Made by a program: the position numbers and the translations under genes. A stretch of DNA of 64,000 bases. It comes from Pseudomonadales bacterium. GTDB taxonomy: Bacteria > Pseudomonadota > Gammaproteobacteria > Pseudomonadales > GM7GCV1. This document shows positions 20,246 to 31,354 of the stretch, piece after piece. The stretch spans positions 188,924 through 252,923 of the forward strand of contig OZ244871.1 of the NCBI GenBank assembly GCA_965221105.1. Direction: 5' to 3'. Each line of letters opens with the position of its first letter. Position 1 is the stretch's first letter. The notes beneath the pieces were generated by a model that saw only the letters and a list, made by a program, of their open reading frames with translations, had not been told where the DNA came from and ran no database searches.

Positions 20246-21307
20246 TCACCTGAAGGAGAAAGGGCGTACAAACTTCCCGTTCTGATCGTAAATGTCATTG
20301 AGTTGAAGCCTGAACGACCTTGCAATCCACTGCAAAACTGTGACTTCTATCTGCGCTTCAAATTCGGATTTTTCATAAACCTCCCCGAACTCAAGTAACT
20401 CACTGCTTGCAGGGTAGCCAAAAATACCCTCACCCCAATCATCTTCATACGAGTATATTGTTAACCCTCGGGCAGAAAGGATTTGGACGCGAAAACCCAT
20501 GTGCCGGAATGGCAGAAGTTGCTCCCACACCTGCCTAAACCACGCCATACTAGAAACAACGCGTTCCGCAAGCTCTGTGTATCGGATCAGCTTGGTAGCG
20601 CCATGTTGATTTCCGCGTCGGTCTTTGGAAGCTTCGGCGAGCCGCTCAGACTCACGATTTAGCGCATAGACAACTTCACAGTGTCCTGAGTTGAAAAGAT
20701 GAAAAGAGTACCCGTCAGGTCCGCTTAACTCTCCAATACGCTCATTACAGATGCCGTGCTCTGATGGTGTGGTGTCATAGCGATTAAGACCGCCTGGATA
20801 CCTATGGCCAGCTAATTGTGCGGCCTCCAGAGTTTGCTGACCAAGTTCGCCAAGAACATCTATCAGGCCAGACTCTATGTCTAAAGGAGTGAGTGAGAAG
20901 CAGATACCCAGCCCCCCTTCGCAGAAAAGCTTCCAATACTGGTTTCGGTCTTCCAATAACCGGGAATTATCGATCTTGGCAACCGCAATGTTGCCGCGAG
21001 CGAGCATTTCGGAAACCCATCGCTCGTGTTCAGACTTGGCGGACCTTAATTTATCAGAAGGCCAATCAGCCTCATTCTTGTCGATCTCTCTATGATGTGT
21101 GGGACAGAGAAGAATTAAATTCGAATACTCATCCCTTTCGTCCGACGGCAAATCATCGCTTCCACGCGGACCATTCGTCTGTCTGCCAACGATATGTGCC
21201 ATTTCACCGACCGTTTCCCGATCACCACTTGGGGTAAGCTCAAGTTTGCATAGTGCGCAGCGGTTTCCTGATCGCCCCCATAGCATTTTTAGATCGCGTT
21301 CCTTCAT
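20246..21307 (-). CDS. HNH endonuclease domain protein with an unassigned ~240-aa C-terminal domain
   Basis: CALCKLEL...GEMAHIVG...NLILLCPTHHREIDKN lies in the first 90 aa. The ORF is intact at 353 aa. Confidence 0.75.
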   Translation of the reverse strand: MKERDLKMLWGRSGNRCALCKLELTPSGDRETVGEMAHIVGRQTNGPRGSDDLPSDERDEYSNLILLCPTHHREIDKNEADWPSDKLRSAKSEHERWVSEMLARGNIAVAKIDNSRLLEDRNQYWKLFCEGGLGICFSLTPLDIESGLIDVLGELGQQTLEAAQLAGHRYPGGLNRYDTTPSEHGICNERIGELSGPDGYSFHLFNSGHCEVVYALNRESERLAEASKDRRGNQHGATKLIRYTELAERVVSSMAWFRQVWEQLLPFRHMGFRVQILSARGLTIYSYEDDWGEGIFGYPASSELLEFGEVYEKSEFEAQIEVTVLQWIARSFRLQLNDIYDQNGKFVRPFSFR

Positions 21308-21516
21308 CGTGACTATCTCGATTTGCAGCTACCACTGCCATAACTGGAGTTTACTGTTTCAGTTACTCGCACATTTCATCCGGGCAGGAGGATCACCCAG
21401 TCGGCGATCAAGAAAAGTACTCAAAATGGACATTCATAACGCTTAAGCCAAGCGGCGCCGTTATAGCACGGGTGGAAGCATAGTGCCGGACGTACCTGAG
21501 CCGTTTGATAGGCCTA

Positions 21517-21903
21517 TTATTTGGTACCCACGCATTTTCCGTCGAAGAAACCAAAAGGTGTTTGCAATGCCAGTGTTTTGCTTAACGTTGAAAAATTGCC
21601 TTTCAGTTCGTTCGGTGAATCAAAAATATGACGATGATTTCCAACTTTGACTACATGGAAAAAATTACCAAGTAATTGGTCTGGATATTCGAGATGAACC
21701 CTGCCATCAGAATCAGTCCAAAGACGGACCCACCATCGATAATCCACAAGCACGATAAATAAAGATATTGAATGTTTATTTTCACCAGCAGATATCTCAC
21801 CTGTGCATTCATAGTTTGATGCGACTTCCGAAAAATTAGCGACGAACAGGAACAATCCAACAATAGTAATTAGCAACAACCCCAGATATTTTGCAACTTT
21901 CAT
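21517..21903 (-). CDS. Hypothetical secreted/membrane-anchored protein
   Basis: 128 aa with an N-terminal hydrophobic segment (LGLLLITIVGLFLFV) and AT-rich coding. Confidence 0.5.
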   Translation of the reverse strand: MKVAKYLGLLLITIVGLFLFVANFSEVASNYECTGEISAGENKHSISLFIVLVDYRWWVRLWTDSDGRVHLEYPDQLLGNFFHVVKVGNHRHIFDSPNELKGNFSTLSKTLALQTPFGFFDGKCVGTK

Positions 21904-21913
21904 AATAATTCTT

Positions 21914-22037
21914 GTAACTACTCGCCCCCCTTGACATCATAGGAAGGCGATTCTATGATGTGTGCGTTTCATTATTGCACAGGGTCATGGGCGACGCATA
22001 TTTCAGTACCAAGGCGACAGCGGGGGTGAGTAGTTAC
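21914..22037 (+). mobile_element. 124-bp MITE of the IS66-like family (left-end sequence plus right IR only)
   Basis: GTAACTACTCGCCCCCC... ...GGGGGTGAGTAGTTAC. The interior is identical in pattern to the first ~100 bp of the 27812 and 51613 copies. Confidence 0.8.
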
Positions 22038-22247
22038 GTCGATCATTGGTTCTTTTTATACGGCTTCGGAAAAAACGAGCGCTCCAATATCAATGAAGAT
22101 GAGCTCAAAGCTTTTCAAGAAATGGCAGCAGAATTTCTAGGACTCAACGACAAACAGTTGGAGACAGCACTTAATTCGGGAATGATTACTGAGGTACACA
22201 ATGGTAACAACGAAGCGCACAAGCCGTATTCTGAGCGAAATGCATGA
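22038..22247 (+). pseudogene. RelE-superfamily toxin (COG4737-type), 5' half removed at the MITE
   Basis: ..WFFLYGFGKNERSNINEDELKAFQEMAAEFLGLNDKQLETALNSGMITEV matches the conserved C-terminal half of this toxin family. The N-terminal ~55 codons are absent. Confidence 0.6.
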
Positions 22248-22521
22248 AACTGCTCGTGACTTGCACGGTGTCAAGCTCATCAGCAAGCGACGTATGCGTG
22301 AGTTCGATGCATTGTGTCATCTGGACGTGGCGGAAATGCCACCGCAAAAGATCAAATCACTGCGCGAGGAGGCTCATGTTAGCCAGGCAGTCTTCGCTGC
22401 CGTGCTGAATACCAGTCTGTCCACAATTCAGAAATGGGAGGTGGGCGACAAGAAACCCAGCGGCCCATCACTCAAGCTCCTTCACTTGATCGAGCGAAAA
22501 GGACTCGAGGCAGTACTGTAA
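22201..22521 (+). CDS. HTH (Xre/NadS-type, COG2944-like) antitoxin
   Basis: ..IKSLREEAHVSQAVFAAVLNTSLSTIQKWEVGDKKPSGPSLKLLHLIERKG.. It sits in the usual position downstream of the COG4737-type toxin. Confidence 0.7.
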   Translation: MVTTKRTSRILSEMHETARDLHGVKLISKRRMREFDALCHLDVAEMPPQKIKSLREEAHVSQAVFAAVLNTSLSTIQKWEVGDKKPSGPSLKLLHLIERKGLEAVL

Positions 22522-22559
22522 TATCGTGTGCATGCTGACAATATGATTGTTCGATTCCC

Positions 22560-22860
22560 ATGCTACCGACGAATCACCGGGTGACGTTCAGTCGGTACTG
22601 CCTGTGCGATGACGGGCCAGTGCGAGTAGGCGCACCGAGCGCTGTTGCTCACGATGGCAACCATGCGGCTGGACGCGCTCTGTCGGCAGCTGTCCATGTT
22701 GCTGTGCCGGAGGCAGATGGATTCCTGTTCTCCTCGCGGTTCACCGGCGATGCCTGTGTGGCTGTATTCGGCGCGCTCTCACCAAGCTGGCGGTGCTGGA
22801 CGTTGCAGAGCTTGCCCGGCACGCCGATTTCCTGGGCGAGCCGGCCGCATCGTCATGATC
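22560..22860 (+). pseudogene. RES-domain toxin C-terminal fragment (frameshifted)
   Basis: ..AVHVAVPEADGFLFSSRFTGDACVAVFG.. continues in another frame (RALTKLAVLDVAELARHADFLGEPAA). There is no N-terminal half. Confidence 0.35.
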
Positions 22861-23219
22861 AACCATGACCACCTGGCTGGAGGTCCAGACACTCTCCACA
22901 ACCCGAATCTTCGTCTCGCCGTTTCTGGACAGCTCCAGCGAGTCACCGGGGGACAGGGACATGACAAATGCCGCGCCGCTCGACCCAGTCCCTGATGATC
23001 TCCCGCACCCGCTGGTCGGGCTAGAGATCGCTGTTCCTGTCCTGCAGGGCGCTCCTGCCCAGCATCTCGACGTGCTTGCGCGATACGAAATACCGGTAGG
23101 TCGGCCCACCCCCGGAGGCGTGCTCCTCGCCGGTATCGCCGTACACCGTCTCCTTGTGACAGTCGTCGGGTCAATTTTTGCCGATGTTGCCGCCACCCTC
23201 AAAAGATCGTGTACCAACT

Positions 23220-23432
23220 TCAAACCACCACAACCTCGTCACAGACGTGATGCAGCCAAATGACCCGCGGTGCGTGTTCGTCGCCGAAATGGCAGAGGAC
23301 TGCTTCCCAGGCCATGACTTTCAAGTCTTCCCAGTCATCGCCCTGGGTGAAGATGCTGTGACGGAGCGCGCGTGCGTCGTAGCCGCCTTCGGTCGCTTCA
23401 TGTACCTCGAAAATGATTTCACAGGATTTCAT
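23220..23432 (-). CDS. HicB-like (UPF0150-type) small antitoxin-fold protein
   Basis: MKSCEIIFEVHEATEGGYDARALRHSIFTQGDDWEDLKVMAWEAVLCHF..PRVIWLH. Confidence 0.45.
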   Translation of the reverse strand: MKSCEIIFEVHEATEGGYDARALRHSIFTQGDDWEDLKVMAWEAVLCHFGDEHAPRVIWLHHVCDEVVVV

Positions 23433-23635
23433 CTTTGCTCGCCGTCACCCCTACTCCACATATACAGTCAGTAATATAGCCAAAATTTGGGATTGACAAA
23501 GGCGCTGACTGGGACAACTGGTACTTCTCAGTCTGGTGCCGGGAGCCTTTGCCAGTCAGACCATCTGAGGTTGAAATCTTGTTTCACCAGCGGGGCGATG
23601 GCCTATGTATTTGAGTATTCACAGAGCAATCGAAA

Positions 23636-23881
23636 ATGACCAACGAGTCATCGCTCCTTGAGCGAATCACGGCGCGGCCTGACATGTTCAACGGCAAGCC
23701 CATAGTGCGCGACATGCGAATTTCTGTGGAACTGATCCTGAGCCTGATGGCGCAAGGCGTCTCCAATGAGGAGATTCTCGACGACTACCCGGATCTTGAG
23801 CCGGACGACATTCGTGCCTGCATGGCTTATGCGCATGCCCTGATCGCCGGCGACACCCTGTCCGCGATCAATGTAGGGTAG
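23636..23881 (+). CDS. DUF433-domain protein
   Basis: RPDMFNGKPIVRDMRISVELILSLMAQGVSNEEILDDYPDLEPDDIRACMAYA. The usual downstream partner is reduced to about 7 codons (VRLLVDR) at 23882. Confidence 0.7.
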   Translation: MTNESSLLERITARPDMFNGKPIVRDMRISVELILSLMAQGVSNEEILDDYPDLEPDDIRACMAYAHALIAGDTLSAINVG

Positions 23882-23913
23882 GTGAGATTACTGGTTGACC
23901 GGTGCGATGGCCT

Positions 23914-25095
23914 TTATAAGTTCCACAAGTCGCCCTTTGCCGCTTCCGCCGCGAACCGCGCCGCCGGCCAGACGTCGATGCCGTCCGCCGACCGGAACGA
24001 CCTTCTGCCTGTGTATACCAAAATACGGCGGGTCAGCCCGGATACGGGTGCAATTGCCCGCAGCCCCTTCAACAGCGCTGTGTGATACCGGTCGGTGGCC
24101 TTCACCTCTATTGCCAGCAGGTCGTCTTCCCTCCGCAGCAGGAAATCCACCTCCACGCCTGATTGGTGGGGGGACCAGTACGCGATCTCGTCGTACAGAC
24201 GCTTTGCCTCGCCCGGCGCCCCGGTCCACGCGCCGGCATGTGCGCGCAAGGTGGTCAGCACCCAGCTTTCCAGCAGCGATCCGCGCTCCTCGGCGGTCAC
24301 TTCGCCAAGCTGTCCCTTGAGGGCGCGAACGACTCCGGGATCGATCCAGTAGAGTTTCGGCAGCTTGCGCTCGCGTACGCGGGGTCGGGTCTCGAAGGCG
24401 GGCAGGCGGTGAACGAGCAGCGTGTCTTCCAGAATTTCCAGGTAGCCACGCACGGTGCCGCGGGCTACTCCCGCGTCGCGGCCGATACCGGCAACGTTGA
24501 TTACCTGACCGTTGAAGAGCGCCGCTATCGGCAGGAAACGGACAAAACCGGGCAGATTGCGCACCAGGGCTTCCCCGCGTATTTCCTCGCGCAGGTAAAG
24601 TTGCGTATAGGATTCCAGCACGGCGTGCGGCTCCGGGTTACGCCACACCAGGGGCAGTGCGCCATAACGGAGTATCCGGTCAAGATCGAAATCCGGGTCC
24701 AGTTCGGCGGCGGTAAGCGGAAACATGGTCTTGTTGAGTGCTCGGCCGGCCAACAGGTTGACCCCTGCGGCTTTCAGCTTGCGGGCGCTCGACCCGAGCA
24801 AGGCGAAGCGCAAGCGATGCGATTCGATAAAGCGATGCACTTCGTTCAGCAGCATCGGCAGTCTCTGAATTTCGTCGACAATCACCCAGTCGTTCGGAGC
24901 CAGATGATCGATGGCTTGCGCGAACAACGAAGGGTCGCCCAACAGATCCTGGTACAGGCGTTCGTCCAGCAAATCGATGTGCAGGGAGTCGGGCAGGACG
25001 GCGCGGACCCAGGTGCTCTTGCCGACGCCTCTCATACCGAGCAGGAAGAAGCTTTGCTGCGGCAGCTTGTTGATGCGCTTATAGGTGGATAGCAT
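23914..25095 (-). CDS. AAA_14/DUF4143-type ATPase
   Basis: Walker A GMRGVGKST and Walker B WVIVDEIQR are present. The overall length and layout are typical for this family. Confidence 0.8.
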   Translation of the reverse strand: MLSTYKRINKLPQQSFFLLGMRGVGKSTWVRAVLPDSLHIDLLDERLYQDLLGDPSLFAQAIDHLAPNDWVIVDEIQRLPMLLNEVHRFIESHRLRFALLGSSARKLKAAGVNLLAGRALNKTMFPLTAAELDPDFDLDRILRYGALPLVWRNPEPHAVLESYTQLYLREEIRGEALVRNLPGFVRFLPIAALFNGQVINVAGIGRDAGVARGTVRGYLEILEDTLLVHRLPAFETRPRVRERKLPKLYWIDPGVVRALKGQLGEVTAEERGSLLESWVLTTLRAHAGAWTGAPGEAKRLYDEIAYWSPHQSGVEVDFLLRREDDLLAIEVKATDRYHTALLKGLRAIAPVSGLTRRILVYTGRRSFRSADGIDVWPAARFAAEAAKGDLWNL

Positions 25096-25458
25096 GCCAC
25101 CGATTATACATGAAAAATGGCGACAACATATACACAGACTCTTTCACAGCACGTGCCTGGGATGTGTGCTGGGACCATGTCATGGTGCGACGATAGGGCA
25201 AACATAGCCTTTAATTTCAATAACTTAGAACCTAGATAGTCGGGGTTGTGAGGGTATTGATTTCGTTCCGAGAGCAGATCAGATGATCCGGCTGAGCGGC
25301 TCGGCCGAGTGGCCCAGGCTGCGCACTCATCGAATCCAGTTGGGGCTGTACAACTTCGAGCGCGAGGGGGTGGTGACACACCTGCTGCCGGTGACCTACT
25401 CGGGTGCGCGGACCGCGGTTCCCGAGGCCGTGGGCCTTTCAATGGCCCACACTTATAA

Positions 25459-26575
25459 TTGGATTTCGATTCCTGTATAACAGCATGTATGCAGGTTGGA
25501 TTGCGCCATTTCGATGCAGAGACCCTTGACTGGTTTGCTGGCGCGCTTCGCGCCGGCGAACTGACGCGTCATGCGCTGGCCCGTGAGTTGTGCCAACGGA
25601 TCAACTGGCGCAACGCGCTCGGTGAGATCTGCCATTCGGCGGCAGCCACAGCCCTGCCGCAGCGTGCTGCGCATGTAGGTCTTGAGCTGCCACCAGTCCG
25701 CGAGGGCCCCGACCCGACGCGGACCACCCTCGTCCCGCCCGGCGAGATTCCTGATACGCGCCTGTCATGCTCCCTCGAACAGCTTGGCCTGGTGACACTC
25801 GAACCGGTGGGCGACCGGGCTGACCGCCATCGCTGGGAGGCGATGATTGACACCCATCATGAACTGGGGTGGAATCGGTCACCCGGCGGCCAGATGCGCT
25901 ACTGGGTCCGCTCGGCACGGCACGGGGTACTCGGTGGCATCGGCTTTGGGTCAGCGACCTTTCAACTGAAGGCGCGGGATGACTGGGGTGGCTGGTCGAA
26001 CGATGATCTTCCCGACCAGGGCGGCACAGAAGGCGGCGTACCGCCTGGTCTCGAATCGAGGGGTGACCATGGAGCATATTCTGGACGCACACTATGAAGC
26101 GACGGCTGATCGCTGCCGCACGGCCGAGGTGGCGCTCATGCTGCAGGACACGACAGTGTTGAACGACAGTACCCTGAAGACCACCGAGGGACTGGTTCCG
26201 ATTGGGGGTGGCGGCACGGGCAGCCGGGGTCTTCTGGCCCATGCCGGTCTGGCGGTGACACCGCAGGGTCTGCCGCTGGGGCTGTTCAGCATGGAGACCA
26301 GGTTCCGTGATGAGCCGGACAGCGCGGGGACGACCGGGACGAGACAGGCACACACGACAGAGCGTCACCGCTGGATCGCCGGCCTTAGACGGGCACGGGA
26401 AGTGGCCGCCGTCTGCCCGGACACCCGGGTGGTGACGGTCTGTGACCGCGAAGGTGACTTCTGGGCGCTGCTGGCGGAGGCGGACCGTCAGGGCGATGCG
26501 CTGCTGGTGCGCGCCAGCCGTTCGGCCCGGCGGCAGGTACTGACCGCCACCGGAGACAGGGCCTGCGAATTGCCG
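25459..26575 (+). pseudogene. DUF4338-domain segment fused/frameshifted to an IS4 (Tn5-like) DDE transposase segment, 3'-truncated
   Basis: ..HELGWNRSPGGQMRYWVRSARHGVLGGIGFGSATFQLKARDDWGGW.. (DUF4338) is followed by ..AAYRLVSNRGVTMEHILDAHYEAT...LMLQDTTVLN...VVTVCDREGDFWALL.. (IS4 DDE region). A 50-bp piece is repeated at 36493-36541. Confidence 0.55.
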
Positions 26576-26592
26576 CCACCTGTCAGGCGTTG

Positions 26593-27521
<929 letters not shown>

Positions 27522-27811
27522 GCTCAGGCACCAAGGATTGACCACGACGCCCCAAGGCTGGGTCAGGATGAACTGCACGAAGTTAAGGGGCGATTATCCG
27601 GAAGGTGGAAGAGGGTGGATTCCGGACGGTGGTGCCAAGCATCGCGGACTGTGCCGTGCAAAATCGATTGGACAAAAATCCCAGTGCTGCAGGGATCAGG
27701 CGACAAACAGCCGAACACGCCCCTAGAACAATCAATTCATGGATGGGATCGACGCTCCTTTACGAAAACGAAGAGGAAAGTAGCTACGGAGAAGAGCTTG
27801 TATGTTCTGAC

Positions 27812-28459
27812 GTAACTACTCACCCCCCTTGACGTCATAGGAAGGCGATTCTATGATGTGTGCGTTTCATTATTGCACAGGGTCATGGGCACCGCATATT
27901 TCAGTTCCAATGCGACGGCGGGGGTGTGTCAGGCGCTGATCGCGCTGATGCCGCCAGCGGAGCGCTTGGCGGTGGGGTCCGGGTAGCCCATGGCGACGGT
28001 CAACACCGCGTCGCTGCGCTCGGAGTTCGACGCACTCAAGGCGCGCTTCGAGGCGCTGTGCGCGGACGGCGCGATGAGCGCCGAGAGCCGCGCCTTGGTC
28101 GAGGCTCTGCTGACGCTCTTTCAGGTGCTGATGGCGGTGTTCATGGAGAAGAACACTCCGAAGGGTTCGCGCACCTCCGGGCTGCCGAGCTCCCGGACGG
28201 AGCCCGACGAGACCGCCCGCACGCGCCCCGATACCCCGTTCACCAACACCCGCGCCGAGCGCAATATCCGCATGGCCAAGGTCAAACACACAGTCTCCGG
28301 CTGCTTCCGAACCCTCCGCCACGCCCAGGCCCACTGCCGAATCTCCAGCTATCTCCAGTCCATGGCCCACCAAGGCTACAACCCCCTGACCGCCATCCAG
28401 ATCGCCCTCAACGGCACCGCCGCCACAATGATCAAGCAGGAGAAGGGGCGAGTAGTTAC
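27812..28459 (+). mobile_element. 648-bp internally deleted IS66-like element (both IRs; transposase N-terminus fused to C-terminus, DDE core missing)
   Basis: IRs GTAACTACTCACCCCCC / GGGGCGAGTAGTTAC. ORF 27990..28466 joins a leucine-zipper-type N-terminus (..MEKNTPKGSRTSGLPSS..) directly to ..PFTNTRAERNIRMAKVKHTVSGCFRT...MIKQEKG. Confidence 0.8.
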
Positions 28460-28751
28460 CACTTAAGATTATCCAGCATGCACTACTCACTACTGGGGAC
28501 TGACAGCCTCCGAAGTAACTGCATAATTCTGGAACATCGTAAAAACCACAAGTGCCTCGTGAGTTTTGGGGTCATTGCACTTTTCAATGTTCCTTTGAAA
28601 AACTGGCGGCTCGTTTTTCCAATTGGCCCGGTGATATTGCTTCCAGCAATGTTGGTCGTGAAAACTTGATTCTCCGGCTTCTCCATCTCCAAGCCCCCTC
28701 AAGCTTCATGCAGTTGCAGGTATAATGCGCGCACCATTTGAGGACTAATCA

Positions 28752-29771
28752 ATGCCAACTCCAGAAAAAATCAATGAACTCAAAGCCGAGCTGACCAAGA
28801 TCACCCAGTATACAGAGGAAAATCTCATCGGCCGACCTGACTGGGGCGCTATTAACTTTGAGATGGCCCGTCCAGACATTGAATTGGCTATTTCCATTGC
28901 AACAGATTTATCTGGCTTGCCGCTCCAATACCTTTCGGACAGTGCGATTGGGGACATCATTTCCCAATTGCCATCTGTCACCCAGCAACTCCAGAATATC
29001 GACAACTTCGACCTGACCGGTGATGCTGGCGCCAGACGCGACCAAATATCGCAGGAGCTACATGATTTTGCAGAGCAACTAAATACCTTTGCTTGCTCAC
29101 ACATTCCGTATTTGGCCTACAGACGAGGGGACATGTCCAGCAATATTGCTGCATTAAATTCGGCGGTAACCCAAGCCGAGCAGCAGCTTGATAATGCCAG
29201 GACTACGATTGAAACCAAGACGGAGGAGATTAATGCCATCATTTCAGCAGCCAGAGACGCCGCAGCGAGCGTGGGCGTTGCTACGTTTACGCAGGAGTTC
29301 GACCAGGAAGCCGCAGACCTAAAGAATCGATCCCTGAAGTGGCTTTGGGCTGCAGGGATATTCGCGGGATTGACGATTGGAACTGCATTCCTGTTCTACT
29401 CTTGGCCGAAAATATCTGCAGACGCCTGGGCATGGGAAACAGTTAGAAACGTTTTTAGCAAGATCGCTATCATCGCTGTACTATTTACGGGAACGGCATG
29501 GTGCGGAAGAATCTACCGGGCACTCACCCATCAAGCGACCATAAACCGGCACAGAGCACTAAGTCTCAAGACATTTCAGGCCTTTGTTGCCGCGACCGAT
29601 GACGACAGAATTAAAGATACGGTTCTTATGGCTGCAACCCGAACAGTGTTCGGGCAAGCATCTACAGGACTCGTAAATGACAACGGCTCGGGTCAAGACT
29701 CAGAAGTCAATTTCGTGGAGATCGGGCGATCATCCTCTGAGAAAACACTCGATACCTCAGTCGACCCTTAG
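28752..29771 (+). CDS. Hypothetical membrane protein: ~200-aa helical N-terminal region, two TM helices, ~90-aa C-terminal domain
   Basis: RBS GAGGA lies 7 nt upstream and TATAAT is at 28721-28726. TM segments are WLWAAGIFAGLTIGTAFLFYSW and IAIIAVLFTGTAWCGRIY. Confidence 0.7.
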   Translation: MPTPEKINELKAELTKITQYTEENLIGRPDWGAINFEMARPDIELAISIATDLSGLPLQYLSDSAIGDIISQLPSVTQQLQNIDNFDLTGDAGARRDQISQELHDFAEQLNTFACSHIPYLAYRRGDMSSNIAALNSAVTQAEQQLDNARTTIETKTEEINAIISAARDAAASVGVATFTQEFDQEAADLKNRSLKWLWAAGIFAGLTIGTAFLFYSWPKISADAWAWETVRNVFSKIAIIAVLFTGTAWCGRIYRALTHQATINRHRALSLKTFQAFVAATDDDRIKDTVLMAATRTVFGQASTGLVNDNGSGQDSEVNFVEIGRSSSEKTLDTSVDP

Positions 29772-29960
29772 TTGCGCTAACTCTGACCATTCAAAATATC
29801 TGGATCGAGCTTCAAACCCGATAAACTTCCGCACAGTGGGAAATATGTGCTCTCTGCTCTTGGTGTCGCCTGTCAGAGAATTTCTGCAAAGCGCGCACGT
29901 CATCGCGGCTTCCGGCAGATTTTCTAATTGATGTTCTTTGTTCACGGTATCTCTTCGCAT
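29757..29960 (-). pseudogene. HNH-type endonuclease N-terminal stub
   Basis: ..CALCRNSLTGDTKSREHIFP.. then unrelated sequence. It overlaps the convergent 28752..29771 gene by 15 nt. Confidence 0.3.
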
Positions 29961-30184
29961 GACTACTACCTTCCGTATTGTCGCCCGACCCCCCAGGTTT
30001 TCAGTATTGAACAGCTAGAATTAGCTGCGTATGAGTAATGGTATCTCCCGGATATGATTCTCCGATTCATCCGGGAAATACAGCGTGACCAGAGCGACAA
30101 GGTATGGCGGTAGACACTGGCGCCGCGATGCTGGTAGGGCAGGACGGACTATCCCGCAGAGCTAACTGTTAAGAATTAATTTCC

Positions 30185-30736
30185 CTACCAGAACCTGACC
30201 ACAAGGACTACGAAAGCATACGAAAGTGCTACTGTCCCCAACAACATTAGACCTCCGGCGACGGCATTGACCCATGCTGGATACCGGACTGTTGGTAAAA
30301 CTCTCAGAACTTTTGCGAAGCCTTCGTCAGACTTGACGGCCCTATTGATTGTGTCCCATGTCGCAGGTGGGTAGTAGAGATACGCAATCGTCATTTCCTG
30401 CTGGGGAACCAACACGGGAATAACTATATCAACATCACCACCAGGCAAATGTTCAGTTGTATATTGAATGCTCGGATGAATATTGAAGTTTGGTAGAAAG
30501 GCATGTGTCAATCTCACGTTATGTGCGGGGCTACGTCCCGCATTTTTCAGCACCACAGAATGAGTATAGATATCGATGGGTGTGCTGACACCTTGGTCAA
30601 TGCGATGAGCTGATACATAACCCAGGTACATCACCAGACGAGGACGATTCTCAATCACGCGATTTAGAACCGCACCGACAAACAGTGCAATTATCGGGGC
30701 CGCAATTGTTGCAACGATACTCCATTGAATCTCCAT
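30185..30736 (-). CDS. Hypothetical membrane protein (TM helix at each end)
   Basis: 183 aa. The N-terminal segment is WSIVATIAAPIIALFVGAVL and the C-terminal segment is AVAGGLMLLGTVALSYAFVVLVV. Confidence 0.6.
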   Translation of the reverse strand: MEIQWSIVATIAAPIIALFVGAVLNRVIENRPRLVMYLGYVSAHRIDQGVSTPIDIYTHSVVLKNAGRSPAHNVRLTHAFLPNFNIHPSIQYTTEHLPGGDVDIVIPVLVPQQEMTIAYLYYPPATWDTINRAVKSDEGFAKVLRVLPTVRYPAWVNAVAGGLMLLGTVALSYAFVVLVVRFW

Positions 30737-31040
30737 CCTATCTTGCCTTCAGTTATCGCCTGTATTAGAGACCGGGCGAAGCCAATTCTACTGTCTTCGG
30801 TCGTGGCCTTCATCACCGTTCGAGCCCATTCATCTTGACCTCATTCAGCTGCGATGCATCCCAGTGTCCGGCTTGGCCTGGAATACGCAGCTTTTGCAGA
30901 TCAGTGTAGTGTTTGCACAATAAGCTTGTTTTTAGTATATTTTACTCAGGACGCGGTATTCCAGCCTTTGGGTGGGAATAACGCTCCAATTCCGAAGCCT
31001 GGCCCTATGGTCGGGCTTTCGTGTTTTTGGACTATGGATA

Positions 31041-31354
31041 ATGCTGTATATCGCCTACATAGATGAATTTGGTCACATTGGCCCCTGTCTCTCGCCACAC
31101 GATCCCCGCTGTAACACTCACCCTGTTTTTGATTTGGGTGGCCTCGTCTTGCCCTATGATACAGTCAGGGAGTTCTCTACCTTTTTTTACCAGCTAAAAA
31201 ATAATCTCCTCCAGTGGGAAATCGGGCAATCAGGTATACACCCGGCAAAGTGGGAAAAGAAAGGCTCAAGCCTTTATACGACTAAGAATGTTACAGCCTA
31301 CCCCCAGCTTAGGCGGGCTACCAACAGGTTGCTCAACAAGATCGAGAAGTGTGG
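31041..31354 (+). pseudogene. DUF3800-family protein, N-terminal ~105 codons, truncated by an inserted repeat
   Basis: MLYIAYIDEFGHIGP...HPVFDLGGLVLPYD.. The sequence switches at 31355 to a segment that also interrupts the transposase gene at 38700. Confidence 0.55.

Noticed and set aside
22860-23220. HicA-type toxin downstream of the HicB-like gene
   Set aside because: I read all three minus-strand frames. Only weak, discontinuous resemblance appeared (for example ..RVREIIRDWVERRG.., ..SPGDSLELSRNGETKIRVV..), with stops and frameshifts. That is not enough to call.
23882-23913. DUF5615/PIN-like partner of the DUF433 gene
   Set aside because: Only about 7 codons (VRLLVDR) resemble the expected N-terminus. 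The rest is replaced by the convergent AAA-ATPase gene end.
27990-28466. 158-aa ORF as a functional protein
   Set aside because: It is an in-frame fusion of the IS66-like transposase N- and C-termini with the catalytic core deleted, so it is treated as part of a non-autonomous element.
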